From: Candidatus Bathyarchaeia archaeon
GTDB taxonomy: Archaea > Thermoproteota > Bathyarchaeia > 40CM-2-53-6
DNA: 64,000 bases
Assembly (NCBI GenBank): GCA_050013255.1
Contig: JBEKFP010000001.1
Coordinates: 384,001-448,000, forward strand
Direction of reading: 5' to 3'
Part shown: positions 17,073 to 26,730 of the stretch, piece after piece
Numbering within the stretch: position 1 is the stretch's first letter
Layout of the letters: each line of letters begins with the position of its first letter
Position numbers and translations under genes: made by a program
Notes under the pieces: model-generated
Seen by the model: the letters and a program-made list of their open reading frames with translations, nothing else
Database searches by the model: none
What the model was told of the DNA's origin: nothing

Positions 17073-18761
17073 TTGGTGGCGTTCTTTTTGAAATTAGATT
17101 ATGACAATAAAACCTACGAGTCGCGCGAAGTGGCGACTGAATTCAATTTGGCTACAAAGATGCGTGACGGAGTCAGACTTTCAACGGATGTGTACCATCC
17201 GCGGGAGAGAGGAAAATGGCCCACCATATTGGTTCGTACACCATATGACAATAATGATACGAGGTGGGTGGAATTTGGAAAGAAATTCGCAGCGCGGGGC
17301 TACGCTGTAGCAACTCAGGATGTTCGAGGTAGGTATGACTCTGAAGGAGAATGGTACCCGTCCAAGAATGAGGGAAGAGACGGATATGATACGCTGAAGT
17401 GGCTTAGTCATCAGAAATGGTGTAATGGAAAAGTCGGGATGACCGGAGGTTCCTACAACGCGATGGTGCAATGGGACGTTGCCGTGTTGAGACCGCCGAA
17501 CCTCAAAGCAATGGTTTCAATGGTATGCCCATCAGACCTCTTCGTTAATTGCTGGTACAGGGAGGGCACGTTGGGCTGGGGGGACACGCTCAGGTGGCTT
17601 GTCCACGTCGACGCCAGGGTAAACCAGAACCTGCTTGCTTACAATATGAGAGACGTGTACTGGCACGTTCCGTTCAAGACCGCTGACGAAGCATTAGGTA
17701 GGCATGTACAATTCTGGCGCGACTGGATACGGCACCAGTCTTACGATTCATACTGGAAAGCGACAAGCTACCACCACCGTTACCATTTGGTAGGTGTCCC
17801 AGTTCTGCACATCTCAGGTTGGTACGATGACTGTGCGGACGGAAACATCCGCAACTACCTATCAATGAAGAAAAGGGGCCGAACGGTGGAAGCTCGAAAT
17901 AACCAATATCTCGTCATGGGCCCATGGGCACACCGCATTAATGATTCGAGAAAATACGGTGAAATCGATTTCGGCCCATCCTCATTGGTCGACCTAGACG
18001 GGTTGCAGAAGCGCTGGTTTGACTACTGGCTGAAAGGAATACAGAATGGAATCACAAAGGAAAAGCACGCCTCAATTTTCGTAATGGGGCGCAACCAATG
18101 GCGCGAGGAGCAAGATTGGCCACCACGCAGCGCGAAAGTCAGGAAATTCTATTTTCACAGCAAAGGACATGCGAACAGCTTTCTGGGAGACGGCTGCCTC
18201 ACCACTAAAGCTCCCAACCGAGAGCCCGCAGACTCTTTCGATTACGATCCGGATAATCCGTGTCCGAGCCCAGTTAACGTGAACGAACCCGACGATCGAC
18301 GCCCTGCTGAACGCCGCGACGACGTATTAGTCTATGATTCGGAAATACTCATCGAGCCCGTTGAAGTGACTGGGAACGTGTTTGTGGAATTGTTCGCTAC
18401 CTCCTCGGCACCTGACACTGATTTTGCGGCACACCTCGTCGACGTATACGACAACGGATATGCACACCCTATCGCGGACGGAATCATAACCGCACGTTAC
18501 AACAAATCGATTGAAACCCCTGAGAACATAGTTCCCGGAAAAACCTACCGGTACCGAATCGATTTGTGGCACACGAGCAACGTATTCCTGAAAGGGCACC
18601 GAATGCGCGTCGAAGTCTCAAGTTCGGATTTCCCGCGGTATGCGAGGAACATGAACACAGGGAGGCCCTACGGAGCTGACTTGACAGGAAAGGTGGCTCA
18701 CCAAGAAGTTCTCCACAGCGCTAATTACGGGAGTAATGTGCAGCTACCGATTATAGACTAA
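17073..18761 (+). CDS. CocE/NonD family hydrolase (peptidase S15)
   Basis: RTPY, QDVRGRYDSEG, GGSYNA (Ser), GWYDD (Asp), GPWAH (His), C-terminal beta-sandwich. Confidence 0.92.
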   Translation: MVAFFLKLDYDNKTYESREVATEFNLATKMRDGVRLSTDVYHPRERGKWPTILVRTPYDNNDTRWVEFGKKFAARGYAVATQDVRGRYDSEGEWYPSKNEGRDGYDTLKWLSHQKWCNGKVGMTGGSYNAMVQWDVAVLRPPNLKAMVSMVCPSDLFVNCWYREGTLGWGDTLRWLVHVDARVNQNLLAYNMRDVYWHVPFKTADEALGRHVQFWRDWIRHQSYDSYWKATSYHHRYHLVGVPVLHISGWYDDCADGNIRNYLSMKKRGRTVEARNNQYLVMGPWAHRINDSRKYGEIDFGPSSLVDLDGLQKRWFDYWLKGIQNGITKEKHASIFVMGRNQWREEQDWPPRSAKVRKFYFHSKGHANSFLGDGCLTTKAPNREPADSFDYDPDNPCPSPVNVNEPDDRRPAERRDDVLVYDSEILIEPVEVTGNVFVELFATSSAPDTDFAAHLVDVYDNGYAHPIADGIITARYNKSIETPENIVPGKTYRYRIDLWHTSNVFLKGHRMRVEVSSSDFPRYARNMNTGRPYGADLTGKVAHQEVLHSANYGSNVQLPIID

Positions 18762-18813
18762 ATAGAAAAGCTATTAAATGCAACGGGGCCGTTACGGCTT
18801 TTTTGAGTTGTCA

Positions 18814-20631
18814 ATGAAACTTTCTAAGTTCCTAACTGTTTTCGTGATAGCGCTGTGTCTTCTTCAAGCGTCACAGCTCGCTTTCGCGCAACAACCTAAA
18901 GTGCTCGTTGTCGGAATAACCAGCGAACCGGAAATAACAGAGCTCAATCCTGTGAGGATGACTACCACCTACTACACAGCAGAAGCGTACCCCAATCTGG
19001 TTGGCTGGGACAGCGACGGAAAAGTCGTACCTGACCTGGCTCAGAGTTGGACGATATCACCGGACGGATTGACCTACACGTTCGTATTGAGAGACGGTTT
19101 GAAGTGGAGCGACGGCCAACCAATCACATCGGACGATGTTGCATTCACATTCAAGTATCTCAGTGAACAGTCTGAGTTTTGGTATTACCAATGGACCCCC
19201 ATCCAAGTTCCTGCAAGCGGAACGACCACAGGATACACGCTTAGACCCGGTGCAATCGAAACGCCGGACAGCAAAACCGTCATTTTCCACCTTTTGGTGC
19301 CGTCGGCGACATTCTTCATCTATGCTGCAGGGTGGAGTGTACTACCGAAACACTACTATCAGGGAATGGACTTAACGACTCAAAACCCTGACCTTTCAAC
19401 TTACGTCGCGTCAGGACCCTTCATACCTAACCAAGACCTGCCGGGCGACAAGATCATCTACGTTGCGAATCCGAATTACTACGGCGGGGCACCTCATCTA
19501 GATCAAGTGATCTTCAAAGTCTACAGAGACTCGACTGCGGCGGAAATAGGACTTGAAAGCGGCGAAGCCAGCTTCCTCATAAACGTTCCAGGATCTGACG
19601 TTGCTGCCCTTAGCAAGGATCCGGACATTCAGATTGGAACTGAACAAGACCAGATCAATGTCTACCTAACCTTCAACTTTCATCCCAAGCTTGCCGACGG
19701 ATCCGTGAACCCCGTTGCAGACCTCAGGGTTCGAAAGGCCATTGCCATGGCAATCGACATGCCCACCATACTGAACGCGTCCCTTGCAGGCTACTACAAA
19801 GAAGCAAACCAGATTCAAGTACCCAACATGTACTATCTCGGCAAGAGTGTAACCAACACCTCCATACCAAACCCCGAATACCCCTACGATCCTCAAGGAG
19901 CGATGACTCTTCTAGACCAAGCCGGTTACCACGCTGACTCTAGCGGAAACAGGATGACAATGACACTAGTCATGGCTTCAGGTGGCCGAACTGGCACCGC
20001 CGCGTCAATCAAGTTGATGCAGCTAATTCAAAGCAGCCTCAAAGCGGTCGGCATCACGATGGCGCTGATCATTCTTGATTCGGCAAGCGCAACTCAGCGA
20101 ATAAGAAGAGCAGCACCGCCCAAAGATTGGAACATGGCACTTTGGGGAATCTCATCATCCCCAGACCCCGACGTTAACGCATACTACATGGTGAGTACCC
20201 TTGGCGGCAACGGTGATGCAGGGGGCTGGAACGTTGGCGGATATTACAACCCGCTCGTAGATCAGCTGGCTATCCTTGGAGAGAATACGACAGATCTGGA
20301 CCAACGGGTTGCCATATACCAGCGAATGAGCGGAATCGCACACGATGAACTAGCGGTTCTGGAACTGTACTACCAGACCGAAGTTCTGGCGTGGAACAAA
20401 ATGTTCCAAGGCTTCATCCTAGGCCTCGGAAACCCCATGCACGACTACTGGGGCGCCCTGAAGCATCAATCTCTTGCACAAGTCACCATAGTCCAAGAAA
20501 CGACAACAATGGAAACAACCACTGCATCTACGACAACCGACTACACGAGCATTGGGGCCATTGTAGCCGTGATTGCAGTAGTCGTAGGACTATTAGCCTA
20601 CTTTGTTGGCCGCAGGTCAAAGAAGACCTGA
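18814..20631 (+). CDS. dppA: Peptide ABC transporter substrate-binding protein (family 5), C-terminally anchored
   Basis: Signal peptide, PDLAQSWTISPDGLTYTFVLRDGLKWSDG, Thr-rich linker + TM + basic tail; ORF opens at 18778. Confidence 0.9.
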   Translation: MKLSKFLTVFVIALCLLQASQLAFAQQPKVLVVGITSEPEITELNPVRMTTTYYTAEAYPNLVGWDSDGKVVPDLAQSWTISPDGLTYTFVLRDGLKWSDGQPITSDDVAFTFKYLSEQSEFWYYQWTPIQVPASGTTTGYTLRPGAIETPDSKTVIFHLLVPSATFFIYAAGWSVLPKHYYQGMDLTTQNPDLSTYVASGPFIPNQDLPGDKIIYVANPNYYGGAPHLDQVIFKVYRDSTAAEIGLESGEASFLINVPGSDVAALSKDPDIQIGTEQDQINVYLTFNFHPKLADGSVNPVADLRVRKAIAMAIDMPTILNASLAGYYKEANQIQVPNMYYLGKSVTNTSIPNPEYPYDPQGAMTLLDQAGYHADSSGNRMTMTLVMASGGRTGTAASIKLMQLIQSSLKAVGITMALIILDSASATQRIRRAAPPKDWNMALWGISSSPDPDVNAYYMVSTLGGNGDAGGWNVGGYYNPLVDQLAILGENTTDLDQRVAIYQRMSGIAHDELAVLELYYQTEVLAWNKMFQGFILGLGNPMHDYWGALKHQSLAQVTIVQETTTMETTTASTTTDYTSIGAIVAVIAVVVGLLAYFVGRRSKKT

Positions 20632-20682
20632 GGCCTCCCCTCTCTCTTTTCAAGCGTAATTAGGTGCGAAGACTAGGTCGAA

Positions 20683-21645
20683 TTGGGATTCGCCACATAC
20701 ATCGCAAAGCGGCTAGTCGTCGCCGTACTCCTAATTTTCGTTGCGGCAACGCTCAACTTCGCTATCGTGCACTTAGCGCCTGGCGGACCGGATGCCGTTC
20801 TTCTTAACAATCCGCGCATGAGTCCAGAAGCCAGAGCATCGATTCTGAAATCGTTCGGACTGGACAAGCCGCTCTATGAACAGTACGCCCTCTACGTTAT
20901 TGGCCTGATTACAGGAAATTGGGGAACGTCGTACTTTTTTCTGACGCCATCATACATGGTAATCGCTCAACGAATCCCTGCCACGCTCGCCCTCATGATT
21001 CCCAGCCTAACCCTTACGATAGTTATTGGCATAGGAATTGGGGTACTTGCATCACGAAAACCATTTTCATTCGCCGACAGATTTCTCTCGTCCTTTTCAT
21101 TTTTCTTCTACGCCATGCCCGCATTTTGGTTGGGATTTGTTCTCTTAACATTCTTCTCTTTATTCTTGGGCGTTCTACCTGCTTCAGGAATGGCTTCGGT
21201 CACGTCCACGAAATTCCAACTTGCCGATTACTTACACCATTTGATACTTCCGATGACCACGTTAACACTCGTTAACCTAGCAAATTTCTCACTCCTAATG
21301 CGGTCGAGTCTCATAGAAGTGTTGGAACAGAATTACATTACAACAGCACGCGGCAAAGGCTTGACCGAGCACCTCATCTTCTATAGACACGCCCTCCGAA
21401 ACGCTCTGCTCCCCACCGTGACCATGGTCGGTCTCTTCGTCGGTTTCATCCTAACCGGCGCCATACTAACCGAAACCGTATTCTCATGGCCTGGACTCGG
21501 GCTGCTGACGTTCGATTCGATATTTCGGCGAGATTACCCGATCATCCTTGGGCTATTCTTCATGTTTTCCGTTATGATCATTTTCTCGAACCTAATCACG
21601 GACATAATCTATGGCCTGTTGGACCCGCGAATCACCTATGGATGA
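20683..21645 (+). CDS. dppB: Peptide ABC permease
   Basis: YITTARGKGL EAA loop, TETVFSWPGLG, RRDYP. Confidence 0.92.
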   Translation: MGFATYIAKRLVVAVLLIFVAATLNFAIVHLAPGGPDAVLLNNPRMSPEARASILKSFGLDKPLYEQYALYVIGLITGNWGTSYFFLTPSYMVIAQRIPATLALMIPSLTLTIVIGIGIGVLASRKPFSFADRFLSSFSFFFYAMPAFWLGFVLLTFFSLFLGVLPASGMASVTSTKFQLADYLHHLILPMTTLTLVNLANFSLLMRSSLIEVLEQNYITTARGKGLTEHLIFYRHALRNALLPTVTMVGLFVGFILTGAILTETVFSWPGLGLLTFDSIFRRDYPIILGLFFMFSVMIIFSNLITDIIYGLLDPRITYG

Positions 21646-22546
21646 AAGAAAGGAAACCAAACAGACCGTCTTCTCGCGCGCGGCCAAGTTCCTCAAATTG
21701 TACTCACGCGATAGATCGGCGATCTTCGGCCTAATTTTTTTGGCGACTTTGATCTTGGCTGCGTCATTCGCGTTTGTCCTGTACCCTGTCGATCCAGAGA
21801 AGCCAGAGCTTGCCTCCACGCTGTTTCCGCCCAGCGTCGTACATCCGCTCGGCACGGATTACATTGGAAGAGATCAGCTTATGCTCATCATCTATGGCGC
21901 AAGGCCTTCACTGATAATCGCGTTCGCGGCAGGAGCCATCTTGTCCTTGTTGGGTACGTTGACAGGCCTAGCCGCCGGCTATTTCGGGGGAAAAGTTGAC
22001 GGCGCAATAATGAGAACCGCGGACATATTCCTAACAATACCAACTCTGCCCCTCGTTCTGCTTGTCGTCGCGGTTCTTGGACCCAACCTCATCAACGTCA
22101 TGTTGGTCATCGGCTTAACGGGTTGGCCAGTAATGACTAGAATCGTTCGTTCGGATACGCTCTCACTCATGAAACGAGATTTTATCGAAATCGAGAGAGT
22201 CATGGGTGCTGGAATTCGACGAATTCTTTTCAAGCATCTTCTGCCCAACCAACTCAACTCCATCCTTGTTTACACGTCCCTTAGCATCCCCGTAGTAATC
22301 CTCACGGAGGCTGGCTTGGAATTCCTGGGCCTTGCCCCCATTTCGGTCAGTTGGGGGTTTATGCTCAATACATCCATAAGTTACTGGATTATCGGCGCTT
22401 GGTGGCTTTCCTTTTTCCCAGGCCTAGCAATTTTCTCGACGGCACTGGCATTCTACTTTGTTAGTGAAGGACTCAAAGCCGCTCTCAATCCCAAACAGAG
22501 GCGGAGACAAGAATCGCTGGTTGTTCAACTTGCAGAAAGGAAATGA
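21638..22546 (+). CDS. dppC: Peptide ABC permease
   Basis: HPLGTDYIGRD, GARPSL, EAGLEFLG. Confidence 0.92.
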   Translation: MDERKETKQTVFSRAAKFLKLYSRDRSAIFGLIFLATLILAASFAFVLYPVDPEKPELASTLFPPSVVHPLGTDYIGRDQLMLIIYGARPSLIIAFAAGAILSLLGTLTGLAAGYFGGKVDGAIMRTADIFLTIPTLPLVLLVVAVLGPNLINVMLVIGLTGWPVMTRIVRSDTLSLMKRDFIEIERVMGAGIRRILFKHLLPNQLNSILVYTSLSIPVVILTEAGLEFLGLAPISVSWGFMLNTSISYWIIGAWWLSFFPGLAIFSTALAFYFVSEGLKAALNPKQRRRQESLVVQLAERK

Positions 22547-23525
22547 CATAGTACTCTCAGTCGGAAACCTTACCGTGAACTTCTACCTCGAATCCGGTAT
22601 CGTCAGCGCAGTAAATCATGTTTCCTTTGACGTCCGCAAAGGATCAAGCTTCGGAATAGTCGGCGAATCAGGATCCGGTAAGACCGTTACCGCGCTCACG
22701 ATAATGGGCCTCCTCCCCATCCCTCCTGGGAAAGTTGACTCTGGGACGGTCCTGTTTAACGGCGATGAAATTCTTTCGAAAACGCCTAACGAAATGCGGA
22801 AGATTCGGGGCAACAGAATTACTATGATCTACCAAGACCCTATGACCTCTCTAAATCCGGTTTTGCGAGTTGGCTTCCAAATTGCCGAATCACTCATGGT
22901 CCATAAGGGCTTGAGCTATTCTGAGGCGATGTCGAAGGCGGTCGAGCTAATGTCTTCGACGGGTATCCCGGACTCTGAGAAGCGCGCACAAGACTATCCT
23001 CATCAGTTTAGCGGTGGCATGCGGCAGAGAATCATGATAGCGATGGCACTTGCGACCAAACCAGATGTGCTGATTGCCGATGAACCAACAACGGCGCTTG
23101 ACGTGATCACTCAGGCCCAGATACTTGCACTCCTAAAGCGCCTACAATCCGAGTACGGCATGACAGTCATCCTCATAACGCATGATCTGGGGATAGTTGC
23201 GGAACTTTGCGATGATGTTCTGGTCATGTATGCGGGGCATGCAATGGAGCGCGCCAGCTCGAAGGAGTTATACTCAGATCCCCAGAACCCATACACTAGA
23301 GGTCTGCTTGAGTCAATCACGCGCGTCGACAGAGACATAAAGCGGCTAAACTCGATTCCAGGATCAATTCCAGACCTTATCAACCCACCCAAGGGTTGTC
23401 GTTTCCACACACGTTGTCCAATGGTTTTCGAAAAATGCATGAGCGAAGTGCCGCCAGATTTCGAATTAGGGCCTAACAGGTTCTCAAAGTGTTGGCTTGC
23501 AACACCTGGGGGGAAGACGAAGTGA
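22530..23525 (+). CDS. dppD: Peptide ABC ATPase
   Basis: GESGSGKT, FSGGMRQR, ADEPTT, GCRFHTRC; start approximate. Confidence 0.92.
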   Translation: MQKGNDIVLSVGNLTVNFYLESGIVSAVNHVSFDVRKGSSFGIVGESGSGKTVTALTIMGLLPIPPGKVDSGTVLFNGDEILSKTPNEMRKIRGNRITMIYQDPMTSLNPVLRVGFQIAESLMVHKGLSYSEAMSKAVELMSSTGIPDSEKRAQDYPHQFSGGMRQRIMIAMALATKPDVLIADEPTTALDVITQAQILALLKRLQSEYGMTVILITHDLGIVAELCDDVLVMYAGHAMERASSKELYSDPQNPYTRGLLESITRVDRDIKRLNSIPGSIPDLINPPKGCRFHTRCPMVFEKCMSEVPPDFELGPNRFSKCWLATPGGKTK

Positions 23526-24505
23526 CCGAGAACCTACTCACGGTTGAGCATCTAAGCAAACATTTCCCGGCGAGACGGTCTCTTTCAGAGATGTTTCGCC
23601 CAGCCCAGAAGATGGTGAAAGCGGTTGACGATGTTACATTCACTATCGAGAAAGGCATGACCTTCGGTTTGGTTGGAGAGAGCGGGTGTGGAAAGACAAC
23701 CATAAGCAAGGTCATCCTCGGTCTCTACAAACCCACTCGCGGGAAGGTTCTCTTCCGCGGAATCAACGTGTCCGGGCGCCCTTCGAAGGAGAACACAAGG
23801 CTCTACCACCGGGAAATCCAAGCTGTCTTTCAGGACCCAGCAGGATCACTCGACCCGCGGATGACCGTCGGCCAAATAGTCAGAGAACCGCTAGACATCA
23901 ACCGCGAGGGGGACGAGCAGACAAGAGACAATGTTGCGAGAAAGATGGTCGAGGCAGTTGGTTTGACTCAGGAGCAATTTCGGAGATACCCGCATGAATT
24001 GAGCGGAGGTCAACAACAGCGTGTTGCTATTGCCAGGGCTCTTGCGATTCACCCTAAACTCGTCATATTAGACGAACCAGTGTCAGCGTTGGACATGTCT
24101 GTCCGTGCGCAGATTCTCAATCTTCTGAAGGATTTGCAATCGGAATTTGAGTTAACCTACTTATTCGTGGCACATGATCTTAGCGTGGTCAGATATCTTT
24201 GCGATATTGTCTCTGTGATGTACTTGGGGCAGATTGTTGAGGTCTGCGGAACCAGCGAGCTATTCGAGAACCCGCTTCATCCGTACACCAAAGCCTTGCT
24301 CGCTGCCGTCCCAGTGCCGGACCCTAACAATCGCCGAATTCATGAACCGCTCTCGGGTACAATCCCGAGCCCACTGGCTTTGCCGTCAGGATGTCGTTTC
24401 CACACTCGATGTCCGTCCCGGATAGAGGTGTGCTCGAGTGTCGAGCCGAAGCTAATCGAGGTCAAGCCAAACCATTACGTGTCGTGCCATCTCTATTCTT
24501 CATAA
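23522..24505 (+). CDS. dppF: Peptide ABC ATPase
   Basis: GESGCGKT, LSGGQQQR, LDEPVS, GCRFHTRC. Confidence 0.92.
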   Translation: MTENLLTVEHLSKHFPARRSLSEMFRPAQKMVKAVDDVTFTIEKGMTFGLVGESGCGKTTISKVILGLYKPTRGKVLFRGINVSGRPSKENTRLYHREIQAVFQDPAGSLDPRMTVGQIVREPLDINREGDEQTRDNVARKMVEAVGLTQEQFRRYPHELSGGQQQRVAIARALAIHPKLVILDEPVSALDMSVRAQILNLLKDLQSEFELTYLFVAHDLSVVRYLCDIVSVMYLGQIVEVCGTSELFENPLHPYTKALLAAVPVPDPNNRRIHEPLSGTIPSPLALPSGCRFHTRCPSRIEVCSSVEPKLIEVKPNHYVSCHLYSS

Positions 24506-24512
24506 CTGCTAT

Positions 24513-25496
24513 TCAGATAGAAAATCCGCGGGCAAGAGGATCAGTCTCATCGTAACGTAGAGTGTTGAAGCCGGTAATGTGAGCTGAACCAGTAATTTCT
24601 GGAACGATGGCGTCATAATTGCCCACTCGTGTCTGGCTGATAATACGCCCCTTGAATGTAGTTCCTAAGATACCTTCATGAACGAAACTTTCTCCAATTT
24701 TGAGTTTACCTTGGGAATGTAGTAGAGCTAATTTTGCACAGGTTCCTGTGCCACATGGTGATCTGTCTATCTGCCCCTGGCCGAAAACGACCACGTTTCT
24801 GGCATCTGCGTGCGGGTTTAGTGCTGGGCCTGAGAACTCTACAAATTCAACTCTGTTAATGCTCGGCAAATTCGGATGGACAATCGGTACGGAATTGTTC
24901 ACGGCTTCTCTGATGCGCAGTCCGGTTTCGATGATTTTTGATTTCTCATAAGTATTGATGTCGAGTTCTGCTTCGCTGGCCTCGACAAGTGCGAAGAAAT
25001 TGCCTCCGAATACTACGTGTACTTGAATCGTTTTTCCACAGAGGTTGATGCTGGCGGTTGTTAGGACGAAAGCCGGAACGTTCTCGAAGCTTACTGAAGC
25101 TACGTGCCCCTTGGCGTAGTGTGGATGGGTGACCACTATTCCGGCTGGGGTTTCTATATTGATCGTTGTCTTCCTTGGCACGATTTTTGTTTCCACCGCG
25201 CAGGTTACGACACCGATGATTCCGTGGCCGCACATGGTCAGATACCCGCCGTTGTCCATGAAAATGACTCCCAAATCACATCGCTTCGACTTGGGTGGGA
25301 AAAGAACAGCGCCAAACATGTCGCTGTGACCGCGTGGCTCGTTCAGAAGGAATTTACGAAACCAGTCATGGCGCGATCGCATTTCCTCTAGGGCGGCAGT
25401 CATCGTTCTGCTTTTGACCTTTGAGAAGTGGGGCATTATTCTAGTGGGTTCACCACATGTGTGGGTATCAATAACGCGGTAGATTTGAGTTGTCAA
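24513..25496 (-). CDS. Proline racemase / hydroxyproline 2-epimerase family
   Basis: HTCGEPTR, EPRGH, IFMDNGGYLTMCGHG, DRSPCGTGT (both catalytic Cys present). Confidence 0.92.
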   Translation of the reverse strand: MTTQIYRVIDTHTCGEPTRIMPHFSKVKSRTMTAALEEMRSRHDWFRKFLLNEPRGHSDMFGAVLFPPKSKRCDLGVIFMDNGGYLTMCGHGIIGVVTCAVETKIVPRKTTINIETPAGIVVTHPHYAKGHVASVSFENVPAFVLTTASINLCGKTIQVHVVFGGNFFALVEASEAELDINTYEKSKIIETGLRIREAVNNSVPIVHPNLPSINRVEFVEFSGPALNPHADARNVVVFGQGQIDRSPCGTGTCAKLALLHSQGKLKIGESFVHEGILGTTFKGRIISQTRVGNYDAIVPEITGSAHITGFNTLRYDETDPLARGFSI

Positions 25497-25558
25497 CCTG
25501 CTTATCAGCCTACTTCCTGCCCAGCGCGAGGAGGTTCCGCAGTTTCATCCTCACGCTT

Positions 25559-26620
25559 TCAACCCAGTACCTTCTTGAAAACTCGGAGGAAGTTCCCTCC
25601 GAGGATCTTTGAGATTTCCCCATCGGAATAGCCTCTTTGAGCAAGGGATACGGTGAAGTTGGGGATCTTGGTTACGTTTTCCAGATTCTCGACAAACATT
25701 TCCTCGCCTAAAGGAACCAAGTCCCCCAGGTATGTCTGATCCTCTGGGCGTGAGTAGTCAACATAGTCTGCCCCGATTCCAACGTGGTCTATTCCGACCA
25801 GTTCGATAATGTGTTCAAGGTGCTTGACCACATCATCGATGGTTGACCGAGTTGCTGTGGTAACAAAGGGCCTCAGAAACGCGAGGCCAACGATGCCCCC
25901 TTTGTCAGCGAGTGCTTGGATTTGCTTGTCGGTCACATTTCGCCAAGGAACCTTCCCGGACTCAAACGGGCAGATGGAGCTGCATCCCGTGTGTGATATC
26001 ATTGGCACTGACGTAGTTGAATCGAGTGCGTCATAGAAACTCCTCTCAGAGAGATGTGCAAGGTCCAGGAGGATGTGCAATCGGTCAACTTCCTCAACGA
26101 CGATCTTTCCAAACTTAGTTAGGCCATAGTTCTCTTTCACACCCGCTCCATGCCCTAGTTGATTCGTAACGTTGTGGGTCAATGACATTGAACGTACGCC
26201 GAGTCTGTATAGGCAGCGAAGGGCTTCGATACTGCCTTCGATTGCTTTGCCCCCTTCGAGTCCCATGAGAATCGAGAATTTGCCATTCCTATGAGCGGCT
26301 TCCATATCGGTTCCAGATTTGGCTATGACAAAGCTCCCGTTCGATTCGGCTTCTTCGGCATAGACTGCGTCGATTACTTCAAGAGTCATTCTCAATGCCC
26401 CTGCATACTCTGTGGCGAGACGAAAGCAGTCGCACTGCACGGTCATAATCGCGCCGTGCACTACCCCGGCCGAAAACCGCGGAAGGTGAATTCGGGTCAT
26501 GACATTCTTCTCGCCTCGCATTCTCCTCGGGTACACGTCCATCAGAGGGATATCCGAGTGAGCATCGATCACAAAGTTACTCGACTGGGGTTTTCTGGCA
26601 CGTTCAAAATCTGAGTTCAA
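25559..26620 (-). CDS. Membrane/renal-type dipeptidase (M19)
   Basis: IDAHSD, GLEG, LTHN, DLAH, SHT, DHVGIGADY. Confidence 0.9.
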   Translation of the reverse strand: MNSDFERARKPQSSNFVIDAHSDIPLMDVYPRRMRGEKNVMTRIHLPRFSAGVVHGAIMTVQCDCFRLATEYAGALRMTLEVIDAVYAEEAESNGSFVIAKSGTDMEAAHRNGKFSILMGLEGGKAIEGSIEALRCLYRLGVRSMSLTHNVTNQLGHGAGVKENYGLTKFGKIVVEEVDRLHILLDLAHLSERSFYDALDSTTSVPMISHTGCSSICPFESGKVPWRNVTDKQIQALADKGGIVGLAFLRPFVTTATRSTIDDVVKHLEHIIELVGIDHVGIGADYVDYSRPEDQTYLGDLVPLGEEMFVENLENVTKIPNFTVSLAQRGYSDGEISKILGGNFLRVFKKVLG

Positions 26621-26730
26621 TCATGTCCCTGCTTCTCTAGTTCAACGTTCTCTCAAAGGCAGTTCCTCGTTGCTTGTTCAGTTCTTTAAGTGTCTTTTTC
26701 CGTTTGAGCAATTTGACAGATAGAATTTGA